DNA of 64,000 nucleotides from Octopus sinensis (lineage: Eukaryota). The stretch lies in contig NC_043000.1 in NCBI RefSeq assembly GCF_006345805.1, positions 106,454,001 through 106,518,000 of the forward strand, in the 5' to 3' direction. The notes under the pieces are model-generated. The model ran no database searches. It was given only the letters and a program-made list of their open reading frames with translations, and was not told the DNA's origin. The position numbers were made by a program, and so were the translations under genes. Numbering within the stretch: position 1 is the first letter of the stretch; each line of letters opens with the position of its first letter. Shown piece by piece: positions 1-13,436 of the stretch.

Positions 1-491
1 CTGTTACAAAATTTTAGTAAAGGGTATTGTTTTATATAATCATGACATTATGTCTGTCATTCAGAGAGTCAGAAAGAGCTGCATGTGGTTCAAATGCAGT
101 GCCAATTTGAGTTATCCATGTCAACTCTAGGTGGACAATTTAGTTTGATAACAATAGAAAGCAAATTTCTCTCAGATCATATCTTACTATTGTGAGAACA
201 TTGTCATACTTAGACATACTTAGATGGAAAAATGAGAGAATGATTGTAGCTGTAATGCTTTTGATTATAAGTCTGCTTGAACAGGGCTGACCTGTGGTTG
301 AACACTAGTAACTCTGTTGCATGTCACATGACACCACATCAAAATACTTCACACTCTTGACATATATCTGTATGAGGTCAACGAAAGCTAGGAAACTGCT
401 CCTTCATCTACAAGTGTTGGTTGTCAATGTACTATCATTGGAATTTGTTGAGTTTTTTCTTCTTCTATTTTAAAAAAATTATATATTTAAG

Positions 492-597
492 GCTAGCCAT
501 GGATTCATCACGCAGCATCGATGGGCAGAAACAATCCGTGCCTTTGTCAACCTGGATGCAGCTGGAGCTGGTGGATGGGAGATAGTATTTCAAGCTG
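492..597 (+). CDS. ERMP1: ERMP1 exon (1st in window), M28 catalytic domain
   Basis: aag|GCT...GCTG|gtatgg; [35 protein letters not shown](G); 106 nt. Confidence 0.95.
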
Positions 598-1835
598 GTA
601 TGGTATTTTAATTTTTATTATTATTATTATTGTTATTGTTGCTGTTGCTGCTGCTGTTGTTTAGGCAGTGAGCTGGCAGAATTGTTAGCATGCTGGACAA
701 AGTGCTTAGCTGGGTGTTTTGACTATCTGAGTTCAAATGTTCAAATTACACCAAGGTTGACTTTGCCTTTAATCTTTTCAGGGTTGATAAATTAAGTACC
801 AGTGAAATACTGGTTGCTGTAATCGACTATTCCTCTCCCCACAAAATTTCAGGCCTGTGCCTATAGTAGAAGGGATTATAATAATAATGATGATAATAAT
901 AATAATAATAATAATAATATAATAATAATAATAATAATAATAATTATTATTATTATTATTATTATTAAGCCTTTCCCTCGGATAACATCAGTGGCATGGA
1001 GAGGGGAGGCTGGTCTGCATGGGCGACTCCTGGTCTTCCATAAACAACCTTGCTTGGAGTTGTGCTTGAGAGGGTAACTTTCAGGTGCAATCCCATGGTC
1101 AGTCATAACTAAAAGGGGTCTCAGCATTATTATTATTATTGTTGTTGTTGTTGTTATTGTTGCTGCTGCTGTTGTTGTTGTTGAAGCAGTGAACTGACAG
1201 AGTTGTTAGCATGCTGGACAAAATATTGAGCAGTATTTCATCTGTCTTTATGTTCTGTGTTCAAATTCTGCCAAGGTTGAGTTTGCCTTTCATTCTTTTG
1301 GGGCTGATAAAGTAAGTACCAGTCAAGTATTGAGGTTGATACAATTGACATATCCTACTCCTGAAATTGCTGGCTTTGTGCCAAAATTTGAAACCATTAT
1401 TATTATTGTTGTTATTTATGTAACGGATTGTCAGAATCATTAGGGTATTGGAAAACATTTCTTGCAGTATTTGTTCTGGTTCTTTACATTCTGAGGTCAG
1501 ATTTGCAATTTATCCTTCTGAAAATAAAGTATCACCAGTCAAGAGTACTGAGTTGATGGTATCACGTAACATTCTTGCCTCAGATTTACTGGCCTCATTG
1601 ATATCATCTGGTGACATAATATATCCTTCCTGTTACCAATCTTTACCTGTTTCCAAGTAAGGTGATATTCTCCATAACTAGACATGTTTTGAGAAAAGAT
1701 TGAAGTTGAAGGACACTACTTGTATGATACTGACATCTGTTTACTTCATATGAAGTCAAGACAAGGTGATAGTAATACACTGACACACACACACACGCGC
1801 ACATGCACACACATACATGTACACACATATACATA

Positions 1836-1895
<60 letters not shown>

Positions 1896-2746
1896 CTGAT
1901 TGGCTTCTTTCTACTCATAAGGCTTTGGTTGGCTGAGAGGTATAATAGAAGACATTTGGCAAGTTACCTTGCATTGGGGCTGAAACCAAGACCATGTGGC
2001 TGGCAAATAAACTTCTTACCATACAGCCACTAGCCTATATGGAGTTTGATTCTGATGTCTTTGCCTTACAGAACTTTCCTTGAGTGACTTTTATGAAACC
2101 ATTATCATCAATTAATAAATTTGAAGACTAAACAAACAAAGAGTATTTAATGTGTTACTGGTAATAAATGTTATTACTAGTGCTTATAATGTATAAGTGG
2201 TTTTACCAACTATAACTGAAATAAGAAAAGGTTTTTCTGTTGGACTTGAGATGCAAATAAAATGATGAATGGCAGCACAAGCCTAACTATATATGAACTT
2301 TTGTATCACATTGTAACCTGTATGAATTAAGTCATATAGTAAATCAAATGACTCAAGGATACAGAAACAAGAAATATTTCCAATAAAATAAATCTTTCCA
2401 ACGAAGCAACAATAAATTAAATTATTAGCAAGAACTAAGTTTATACAAAATTTCTGACCAAAGGCTTGAGAGAGAACATTGTTCACACATGAAGGCAAGA
2501 TTGTGTGTGACAACAAACAGCTTACCTTTTATCTTTTACTTGTTTCAGTCATTGGACTGTGGTTGTACTGGGGCACCATGTTGAAGGGCTTTTGTTGAAC
2601 AGACCAACCCTGTACTTATTTCTTAAATCCGGTACTTATTCTACAGGTATCTTTTGCCAAACTGCTAAGGTGTGGGAACATAAACAAACCAATAGGGGTT
2701 GTCAAGCTGTGGGTGGATGAAGGAAACAAAGAAGCACAAAGCTGCA

Positions 2747-2779
<33 letters not shown>

Positions 2780-5700
2780 GAGGGAGGGAGGGGGTACTGA
2801 AAAGTTCCTGGTGTTAAGGGTATCATGAAAGGCCTGGCTGGAGGCCCAACCTGAGTTCCTTTACAGGGTTTAGAAAAACTGAAGGACCACTGCAATAAGT
2901 GTGTAAATCTAAGAGGAGAATATGTTGAATGAAATCACAATTAACTGATCCTCCTGTATTTTTTTACTCAATGTCAGGAACTTTTCAGTACCCCCTCATA
3001 TATATATATATATATAAGTAATATAAATGTCTTAAATTCAGTGGCGGTGTTAATGAAGATGTTATACGTTAATTTAATGTGTTAAACTTATCTTTATTAA
3101 TGTATATCAAATTAAACAAGATATATACAAGATTTACACAGATATAAGAATTAGAACCTGTGATCCGCCTGTGGACTCTTTTCTTAGGAAATTTTTGCCT
3201 GCTGCACCAAAAAGTTTCCTCACCCCTGTTCTACTGGGGCAAGGGTGAGTGGGCTGAGATTACCTATGTACCTAAAACTATGAGTGAAAGCATGATACAT
3301 GTTGCTAAGCCATGCTCAGTCACAGGTGACAGCAGCTTGTACAATCTTAGGTATGTAAAAGGACAGGTTGGTAATGACAAGAAGTGTTTGCTGAATCAGC
3401 GTTGACTTGTGACTAAATAACAATGACAACCATGACAACTCTAACATGTTAAATAAAAAGAATCATTAGTTGCTATCTTTATAATAGTTAAAATATTGTT
3501 ATGCACAAATGCACACATGCTCGCACACGATATATGATATATATATATATGTATATGATATATATTTTTTTCAGGTCCGCAGCACCCTTGGTTAATTCAA
3601 GCATATGCAAAATCAGTAAAATATCCCTTTGCTTCAATCCTGGGGCAAGAAATCTTTCAAGGTGGATTTGTTCCATCTGATACAGATTATCAAATTTTTC
3701 AAAAATTTGGAAACATTCCAGGTGAGTTTGTAATATGTTGCCTAATGACTGTGTAGATGTGTTTCTGTATGAGTGGGAGGGGGATAAAAGAAAGATACAG
3801 TTAGACAGTGACAGAGAGAGGGAGTGAGAGAGAAAGAGAGAGAGAGAGAGAGAAATGAGAGATTTAGAAAGAAAGTGAAAGACCTGCACAAACGAAAAGA
3901 TTGAGCGGGAAAATAGGAGAGAATAAGATGTAAAGACAGACTGACAGAGAGAGGGGGGAGCAAGAGAGAGAGAGAGAGAGAGAGAGAAATTAGGACAGCT
4001 GAGGTAAGGGAAGAAAGAGGACAGAGATTGGGACAGAGTAAGAGGCATAAAGTCATACATGCTGAATTTGTTTATGTATTTATGTTTCTGTGGTTCATAG
4101 ATATTTTTAAAAATGAATTAGCAGCAAAACACAGTTATTATAACAATCAATCTTGTAAAGCTCCTTGTTATATGTTACCTTTGAAAATTAGATTCTATAA
4201 ATAAACAAGTAAAACTTCAGGTGTTACACATCAGTTGAATCAACTGCTATTGTATACCAATAAAAGATATGATACTCTGAAGTAGTTGTAGAAACCTGTT
4301 TCCTAAGTTCTGCTAAGTTTGAAGAAACAGAAACTTCACTTACCTTTTGTATTTTTTGCTCTTTTTAGCCTAGAGTGGGTATTTAACTATTTGAATGGTT
4401 TTTATTCTGAAATAGGGAACTACGCTTAGCTGAACACACTGATCTGTGTAACATCATCACCACTGCCAGGTCTTCCAATGTTTCTTGTAGGGGTTCTCTC
4501 TGTTGTAAGCATTTGGACTGGAGCCCAGTTCTCTCCTTGTTTCTGTTTGTCCTCTTGACATTGACCTGCTGATGTTCAAGCTGGGCATAGCCCACATTAA
4601 TCTCAACAGTTTTGGAACAGAGCCTAAAGACCTTGTGTGTTGTCACTTCTCCCTTGACTAACATATAAAATGAAGTAATCTATTATTAGCAGAGAACTTC
4701 AAAGTATACAGGTGTGTGTGAACAGACGTAAGGAGCCTCCACTATATCAACTCTACACTTCTGGTAAAGACGTATGTTGTTGACTTTGTTTGGTAATGAG
4801 GATTATATGTAAGAGTTTGTAATAGAAAGAAATCAATTTTTCTGTTACTATATTCATCATTCTCAAAATCAAAACACTGATAATGTAAAACAGTACAAAT
4901 CTGAGAAGGTAGCGGGAGTCAAGAAATTCCATGACTTGTGAGTCTGCATATTAATAACTGCACTGTTAATGTTAGGTCATTTGAAAAATAGCCAAAGATG
5001 GCCTAAAATAATTTAAAAACTCTTGTTTTAAAAATATGTGTTTTATGATGAGCTTTTCGTCATCATCATCATTTAGCATCTGTTTTGCATGCTAGCGTGG
5101 GTGAGATAGTTAGACTAGTAAGTCAGAGAGCTGCACCAGGCTCCAGTCTGTTTTGGCTTGGTGTCTAATGGCTGGATGCCTTTCCTAATGCCAACAACTC
5201 CACAGTGTACTGGGTGCTTTTCATATGTCACTGACACGAGTGCCTTTTATGTGTTACCAGTACGGGTGCCTCTTTTGTGTCACTGGCATTGGTACCTTTT
5301 ATGTGTCAATGGCACAAGTACTTTTTATGAAATATAATGTTTTGTGGCAGTGAAATATAAATGGTGTAAAAATAAAAATGTTTAAAGTGACTGAACTGAA
5401 AGAAAACATGAGCTTCAGAGAGACAGTTTGCATACTGATGAGTTTAAGGTGAAATAATATAATAATTTATGTTGTGTTTGGGGAGAGTCATATTGTCTTA
5501 ATGCCTTATTATCTAACACACTCACCAGTTCAATTTCCACCCATTTATTATATTTTTTCTTACAAAATTTTCGTTGCTTTTACATCTTTGTCAATGGATG
5601 TTCCATTGACATCCATTGAGAAGGTTGCAAAAGCAACAAAAATTTTGGAAGAAAATATATAAATAATAAATGAGTTGTTGTGTAGCTCAAAGTCATTGAG

Positions 5701-8700
5701 CAGATCTATTCAGTTACACCATTCCTTCACCTATCTATGAACCCATACTGCACACTGGCCCTCTATGTTTAATACTCATCTTACCAAAATTTCAGCCAAA
5801 TCTCTTTTAAATTGTATACAACTATTTTTAAAATGCACGAAAATTTTGGTTAAAGTATTCTTGAATATAATATACCAGAGAAGATGGAAAAGTCATTGTT
5901 TAAATGCGAGTTGAAATTTGAAGGTTTGACTCACAGAAATATTTCTTTCATGTGCAGATGTCATCAGAATATAATAAAATACTATGAGTATATCAGAGTG
6001 AGATTATATTGTTGTGAAGACAGAGGATCCATAGTTAGTAAATTGAAATGACTTGAGTTTTGTCTGATGAATGATTGAAGATTGAGAATTATCAAAGGTG
6101 CTATTGCTGGTAATGATTATCTGCTTGTGTAAAACAGTTGTAATGGTTATGTATATTAGTCCCAGTTTAGCTCTAATTAAGGAGATTTATCGTCAAAAGT
6201 GTTCTGGTCATGAACATTCAGTTTTTTATTCATATATAGTGTATCAAAGCCCACATCATGCAATGTATCTTTATTTTTAAACTAATAGGGTGTGATTTGG
6301 CTGCTATTTTTGGCAGATGAAATAACCCTATATCTAACTGTTTCACTTGAAGAAATGTCATATTTTCTTTGTCTCCCCTTCTTATACACATCCCCGTATT
6401 CTATCTAAGAAATCTACTACAAATGTGATATTTCATTAATTTATTTGTTTCACACTTTGCTTTCCTTTGCGTGTCTGTTTGAGAATAAATAATATTGCAT
6501 TATATACATATTTACAACTTTTCTCTCAGGTTTGGACATAGCCTATGTTACCAATGGTTACGTCTACCATACCAAGAATGACCGGACAGAATTCATTCAA
6601 CCTGGTTGCATACAGAGAGGTGGTGAGTGTGTATATATTTAATGACCCTCTCCAAATCCTCAATATGCCCATCTATCTTTCTCTTTCATGTTATTTTTCC
6701 TTCGTACCTTCTGTTCATACTTCCCTTTATAATGTGAGTTAGCTCTGGAACTCCCTAAGTAACCCACCTTATTAACCTTAGTACTCTGTCTTTCTTTTTT
6801 TTTTTTTACTAACACCTAATACAAATTCCTACCCTATTCTTGTTCTGTTCATCTCCCTTCCTTAATAGCGTCTACTTTGTTACTCTCTCCATTACCACAT
6901 TCTCACAACTATCAAGCTATTTCTCTCTTCATACTTAATCTTCTCTTGTCGCTTCACCTGGAATCATTGCACCTCTCTCTTTATTGTTTCCCTTCAGTCA
7001 TAGGGGCCTCATCCAGGTCCTCAGTTTTGCAATTTGCAAGGTGATCTCACTAGTACTGATTCTATGAAAAAAGCACAGTGTTTTGTCACAGGAAGAGAAT
7101 CCAACTCTAGAAACAATGTCAAAACAGCAGTTGGAGGATGATGCAGTCCTTCAGCTTGTCAGATCCTGTTGAACAATCTAACCCATGCCGACATGGAAAA
7201 GGGATATTAAATTATAATGATGATGATGATGATTATTATATATATATATGATAATAATTATATTTCTGGCGTTAGGAAGGGCATCCAGCTGTAGAAACAT
7301 TGCCAGATAAGACTGGAGCCTGGTGCAGCCTTCTGGCTTCCCAGATCCCCGGTCGAACCGTCCAACCCATGCTAGCATGGAGAACGGACGTTAAACGATG
7401 ATGATGATGATGATGATATATATATATAGGCACAGGAGTGGCTGTGTAGTAAGTAGCTTGCTTACGAACCACATGGTTCCGGGTTCAGTCTCACCGCGTG
7501 GCATCATGGACAAGTGTTTTTTACTATAACCTCGGGTCGACCAAAGCCTTGTGAGTGGATTTGGTAGACGGAAACTGAAAGAAGCCCATCGTATATATGT
7601 ATATATATGTGTGTGTATATTTGTGTGTCTGTGTTCATCCCCCTAGCATTGCTTGACAACCAATGTTGGTCTGTTTACGTCCCTGTCACTTAGCGGTTCG
7701 GCAAAAGAGACTGATAGAATAAGTACAAGGCTTCCAAAGAATAAGTCCTGGGGTCGATTTGCTTGACCAAAGGCGGTGCTCCAGCATGGCCTCAGTCAAG
7801 TGACTGAAACAAGTAAAAGAGTAAAAGATATATATATCATTTCAGCTAACGGTTTTTTTAAAATATCATATTGTGTAAAATCAAAGAAAACCTTAAAACA
7901 AAATAAATATTAGTTTAAAACATACATGCCACATAGGCGCAGTAGCTTGCTAACCAACCACATGGTTCCGGGTTCAGTCCCACTGTGTGGCATCTTGGGC
8001 AAGTGTCTTCTGCTATATCCTCGGGCCGACCAAAGCCTTGTGAGTGGATTTGGTAGACGGAAACTGAAAGAAGCCTGTCGTATATATGTATGTATATATA
8101 TATATATATATATAATATATATATGTATGTGTGTGTATATGTTTGTGTGTCTGTGTTTGTCCCTCTAGCATTGCTTGACAACCGATGCTGGTGTGTTTAC
8201 ATCCCCATCACTTAGTGGTTCGGCAAAAGAGACCGATAGAATAAGTACTGGGCTTACAAAGAATAAGTCCTGGGGTCGATTTGCTCGACTAAAGGCGGTG
8301 CTCCAGCATGGCCGCAGTCAAATGACTGAAACAAGTAAAAGAGTATGCCCAGAATAAATTAATTAATGTTAAATATATTTAACCCTAACGTAACTCCTTC
8401 GTCCAATCCACCTGTTTGACAAGATCTCATCAAGGAAGGATCTAACATTGTGATGGTAGTGGGGGTGAGGTTTCCATCTTGCTGAAAATAAAACTCCTCA
8501 TCTTCAAAGTCTTCTCTAATGCTTGGTATGACAGACTGTTGCAGCAAGTTCAAGTAAATGGGACCAGTCACAGTAGCATCAAAAAAGAATTGTCCAATTA
8601 ATGCTCTTGATGATAAGCCACACCACACTGTAACTCCTGGTAAATTAACATGTTCCACCGTAACATGCGGATTCTCAGGTCCCCAGTAGGTGCAATTGTG

Positions 8701-9300
8701 ATGGTTAATTGAACCATTCAATTTGAATGTGGCCTCATCACTCCACACAATCTTTGTTGGAAAGTGTGCATCTTCTACACATCGTGCCATGTACCACTCT
8801 CAATACTGCACTCTTCGGTCTGGATCATCATCATTAGTAGCATGGACTAATCTTGGAATGTAGCTTTTCCATTGACAACACTTCAAAATGCGTTGGACAG
8901 ATGATTTTGAAATACCTACCTCATGACTCACTTGCTGCACAGATTTTCTTGGACTTTGGTGATACGCTTCCAGCACTCCTTCTTGCTTTGTGGGGGTTGC
9001 CGATGTTCATGGTCTTCTCGAATGTTACTCATGGACATTCTGAACAGTTGCATCAGCTTCAAACTCCTCTCTAATTTGAGTGATGGTAAGTTACATTGGT
9101 GGATCTGTTTGAAGCACCCTCCTAAACTGTCTTTGCACTTCAAATGCATTTTCACACTTCCAGTAGCATTTTAGAATGAATTTCCTTTGTTCAAAGCTTA
9201 GTCTGACTGCCATCATTAATTCCAATGGGTTTCATCTTGAAAGAAAAAAATCATCAATTGAGTTATCAGCTGCTAAAATGCGTATACATTTTTTTGGGAC

Positions 9301-9342
<42 letters not shown>

Positions 9343-11335
9343 CCTCTATCATACTTTAGCCTCAATACTTGGCATAAAGCCACCTCACCATCTACTACAA
9401 CCCCACTCAGTTAAGAAGGTCTCCTTTTTCTTGTCTTACAAGTTTCTTGGCAACCTTGCTAAGACAGGTGTTGCAAAAAACACACATATATATATTTTTT
9501 GAGCCAGAATGTAGAGAACCAGAGATGGTTGGATACCTTTCCTAATGTGAGTCACTTTACAGACTGAACCGGATGCTTTTTTTGCAACACCACTATTAAC
9601 GAGGTTGCTTAGTAACTTGCAAGACAGGAAAAAGGAGCTCTTCTTAACTGAGTGGGATTGTAGTAGATGGGGAGGTGGCTTTATGGTATGATAGAGGGAT
9701 AGGCATAAGTGACTTGCTATAGAATATAAATGTACATATTTATTGATCGTTATGTGTACATGGTATGTAGTTATGAGCTACTTCTAGTTTCATACATTAG
9801 AAACTCATAAAATGATATTTATGTACCTTAAACAATATTTCAAATGTACATTAAACGATATTTATCTCTCACCAGCAGGAGTACTTTTTTGTTGATCTTA
9901 CCTAAACAGGAAAGGAAACTAATATATATATATATATATATCAAAACAAAGAGGAATTGTTAAGGGATTAATAATTCAGGTGAAATACTTCCTAAGCTCT
10001 CTACAGATAAAATTACACCAGGCTAACAAAAAGTCTTGTGATCACTTTTATACTCTATGTAATTCAAAAATCGATTGATAAAATTGAATCATGAATGCAT
10101 CCTGATGCATATCTAAAACAGCTGTAAGGCTATAATTAATAAATGTATATAACTTTGTTTTTTTTTTTACATTATTTACATTTAATGGATATTTGTCCTC
10201 ATCTTGTTTGTTGTTAACACAACGTTTCGGCTGATACATCCTCCAGCTTTCATCAGGTGTCTTGGGGAAATTTCGAACCTGGGTTGAGCCTGGTGCAGCC
10301 TCTGGCTCACCAGTCCTCAGTCAAACCGTCCAACCCATGCCAGCATGGAAAGTGGACATAAAACGATGATCTGCGACGATTTCATCTCAATCGAAGGAGA
10401 GGAGCTTTCTCCGTCCGGGTTGCGGATCCGTGGAACAAGCTGCCAGACGAGATGGTAAAGATGCCGACGACCGCTTTGTTCAAAGCCTCCCTGGACCTCA
10501 AGTGGCCTGAACTCTTTACATGAACACCACCCTGTACTTAACTCCATGTCTCCCTACATGGCCTTGCTATTTGCTTTTGAGCCAAATTAACTAACTAACA
10601 CATATATATATATATCATTGCTATTATGTTAAACTGTCACATGTCCAAATTTGGCCAAATGCTTTGGTGTTACAAGAAGTTTTGTTGGTCTCTTGCTCAA
10701 CTGCGCCCCACACATAATAATCAAGGGTGTTGCTGTCTGAGGAGTTATGTGGCCAGATGTTAGGAGTGATCGCAAAAATTGTCTGACAGCCATGACTGGG
10801 TTCTCCTGCTTGTGTGGCATGGTGCAGAATCCTGTTGCCAAAACATAGGGTCTTTCAGCAGCCACCCTCTTGACCCAGGGCAGCACTACCTCCTCCAGGC
10901 ATTTGGTGTAGGCCTCTGTGTTGAGTCTGAGGCCATGTGGGAAGATGAACAGAGGCATAATGTTGCCATCACTAGTGATCACTCCAAACACTATGATGTT
11001 GATTGGATGTTTGATTTTTATCATTTTTGGTACATGTCCTCAGATTGACACCTAAACACTCTGAAATGTTTGTATTGGAGCTTCCGGCACAAATGCCAAG
11101 CAGTACAGCATGTTGTTTCAAAATTTCTGGCAGAGTGAATTGTGTCCTGGTGTTGTTTTTCTCACAGATGTTCCCAACTAACCCTACAATACTGTGTAGT
11201 CAACAGAATCAGAAACAAACAATGCACATGTGTGAAATTGAAAATATTAAATGGCGACAATTTACCCATTGCGCCCTGTATACACATACACACATGTATA
11301 AACATACATATACTTATATACATACATACACACAT

Positions 11336-11369
<34 letters not shown>

Positions 11370-13394
11370 CATCATCATCATCATCATCATCATTTAATAT
11401 CTATTGTCCATACTGGCATGGATTGGACGTTTTGACTGGAGCTGGTAAACTGGAAGGCTGCACCAGACTCCAGTCTCATTTGGCATAGTTTTCTATGGCT
11501 GGATGCCTTTCCTAATGCCAACCACTCTGAGAGTGCAATGGGTGCTTTTACATGCCACCAGCATGGGTGCTATTTGCGTGACTCCCGTATCTGCTACAAC
11601 TATGGTTTTGCTCATCTTGATCGGTCTTCTTCTCAAGCATGACATAATGCCAGAGGTCTCAGTCATTGCCCTTGTGAGGCCCAGTGCTCGAAAAGAACTC
11701 AGCCACTTTGCCTCTGTGAGGCCCAACACTTGAAAGGTGCTCTTCATGTGCCACTGGCATGGGTACCAGTTACGTGACAGCAGCATTGGCCATTGTAAAT
11801 ATATCCAAATATTTCTTATTTATACACTTTATCTATAAATTAAATCATCATCATCATTTAATATCTACTTTTCCATGCTTGCATGGGTCAAATGGAGTTT
11901 ATATGAGGCAGATTTTCTACAACCTGATGTCCTTCCTTTTGCCAACCCTCACCTACTTTTAAGTCAATATTTTCCCATGGCCAGACACATTCTTGCAGAA
12001 TACTGGAAATGAATGACGCTGCTTATATGACAGTGACACTCATTTACAACTATCACTTGATGTTAAGACAAGGAAACACAACCACACTCACTCACTTACT
12101 CACACACACACACACACACATTTGTATGTCTACAAAGTATCCTCAGTCTCCTGTGAAAGGACAAGGTGCCTCATACCAAAATGCTACAGAATTGAGGTCT
12201 GTATCCTTTATCGTCTTCTCTATTGAGTTGGACATGTCATTCGAATGCTGAGTAACCAGCTCCCAAAGCTGGTCCTGTTCAGCAAGATTGAGGCTAGAAA
12301 TAGGCTGCATGGAGGTCCAAGACTTCGTTTTCATGACCATCTTGAGCAGTTTCTTGTTTTATGTGGCGTCCGTCCCACTCGGTTGGAGTCTGGCTGTTAA
12401 TCAGAAGGCATGAAGGTCTGTATGTGATGCTGGAGACTGCATGAAGAGACAAAGAGATGTTGTCATCAACCTCCCTGTGGTTGTTGTTTGGGGTCATTTT
12501 CAGTGCCCTCAATGCTACAGGATCTGCCTGTCTCATCTTAGTCTTGTCAGCCACATCTGTTCCCATGAGAAACAATGTGCTGGATGCAGAAGAGGATGAA
12601 TGTCTTGGATTAATGCTGTCATTAGTTTTGATTGGCAAAATGAAGTAAAAATACATGTATATATGTGTGTGTGTGTGCATATATGTATATATGTATGTGT
12701 GTATGTATATATATATATGTATATGTGAATGTGTGTGTGTGTGTAAGCTAAGATATTCTCACCATTTCTGTTGTTATTTTCAAGGTGAAAATTTGAAAAA
12801 CCTGTTGGAAACAATAGCCTCCACACCAAAACTAGCTGACCCAGGTGCTGATCGTCATGGCAACATGGTATTTTATGATGTGCTGGGTTTTTATATGTTT
12901 GTTTACCCTAAACGAATAGCAGCAATCTTGAACATTGTCATTGTAGTGTGCAGTCTGTTACTTATTGCTAAAAGTTATCTTTTTTATGGCAACAGTTCTA
13001 AAGGTGAGTGTTTTTCTTTTTCTTTCCAGAAATTTATTTTGTTTCAAATTATTTTGTTGCTTTTGTTATTGTTATTATTATCTCCACCTTAGTGAAGACG
13101 GAGGTATTGTTTTCAGTTGTGTTTGTTTGTTTGTTTGTGGACAAGATATCTCAAGAATCGCTGGATGGATTCAGATGAAACTTTCGGGAATGTTTGGTCT
13201 TGCGACTGGCACGGTCAAATTAAATATTGAGATTGATCCGGTACTGGACAAGGATTCTGGATTATTTTTCCGATTTTTTTTTTTTACTTTACATGTATAT
13301 ATAAAGTTTCACATAGTTCTCTTGTACATGCACACACATACACATATATACTCACACATTTTCAGCATTGAACATTACCATCCCATTTCCATTG

Positions 13395-13436
<42 letters not shown>

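Noticed and set aside
549-566. NLDAAG where I recall NLEAAG in human ERMP1, as possible loss of a metal ligand
   Set aside because: Asp is the usual ligand at this position in M28 peptidases, and the YHT His is retained, so there is no sign of catalytic loss.
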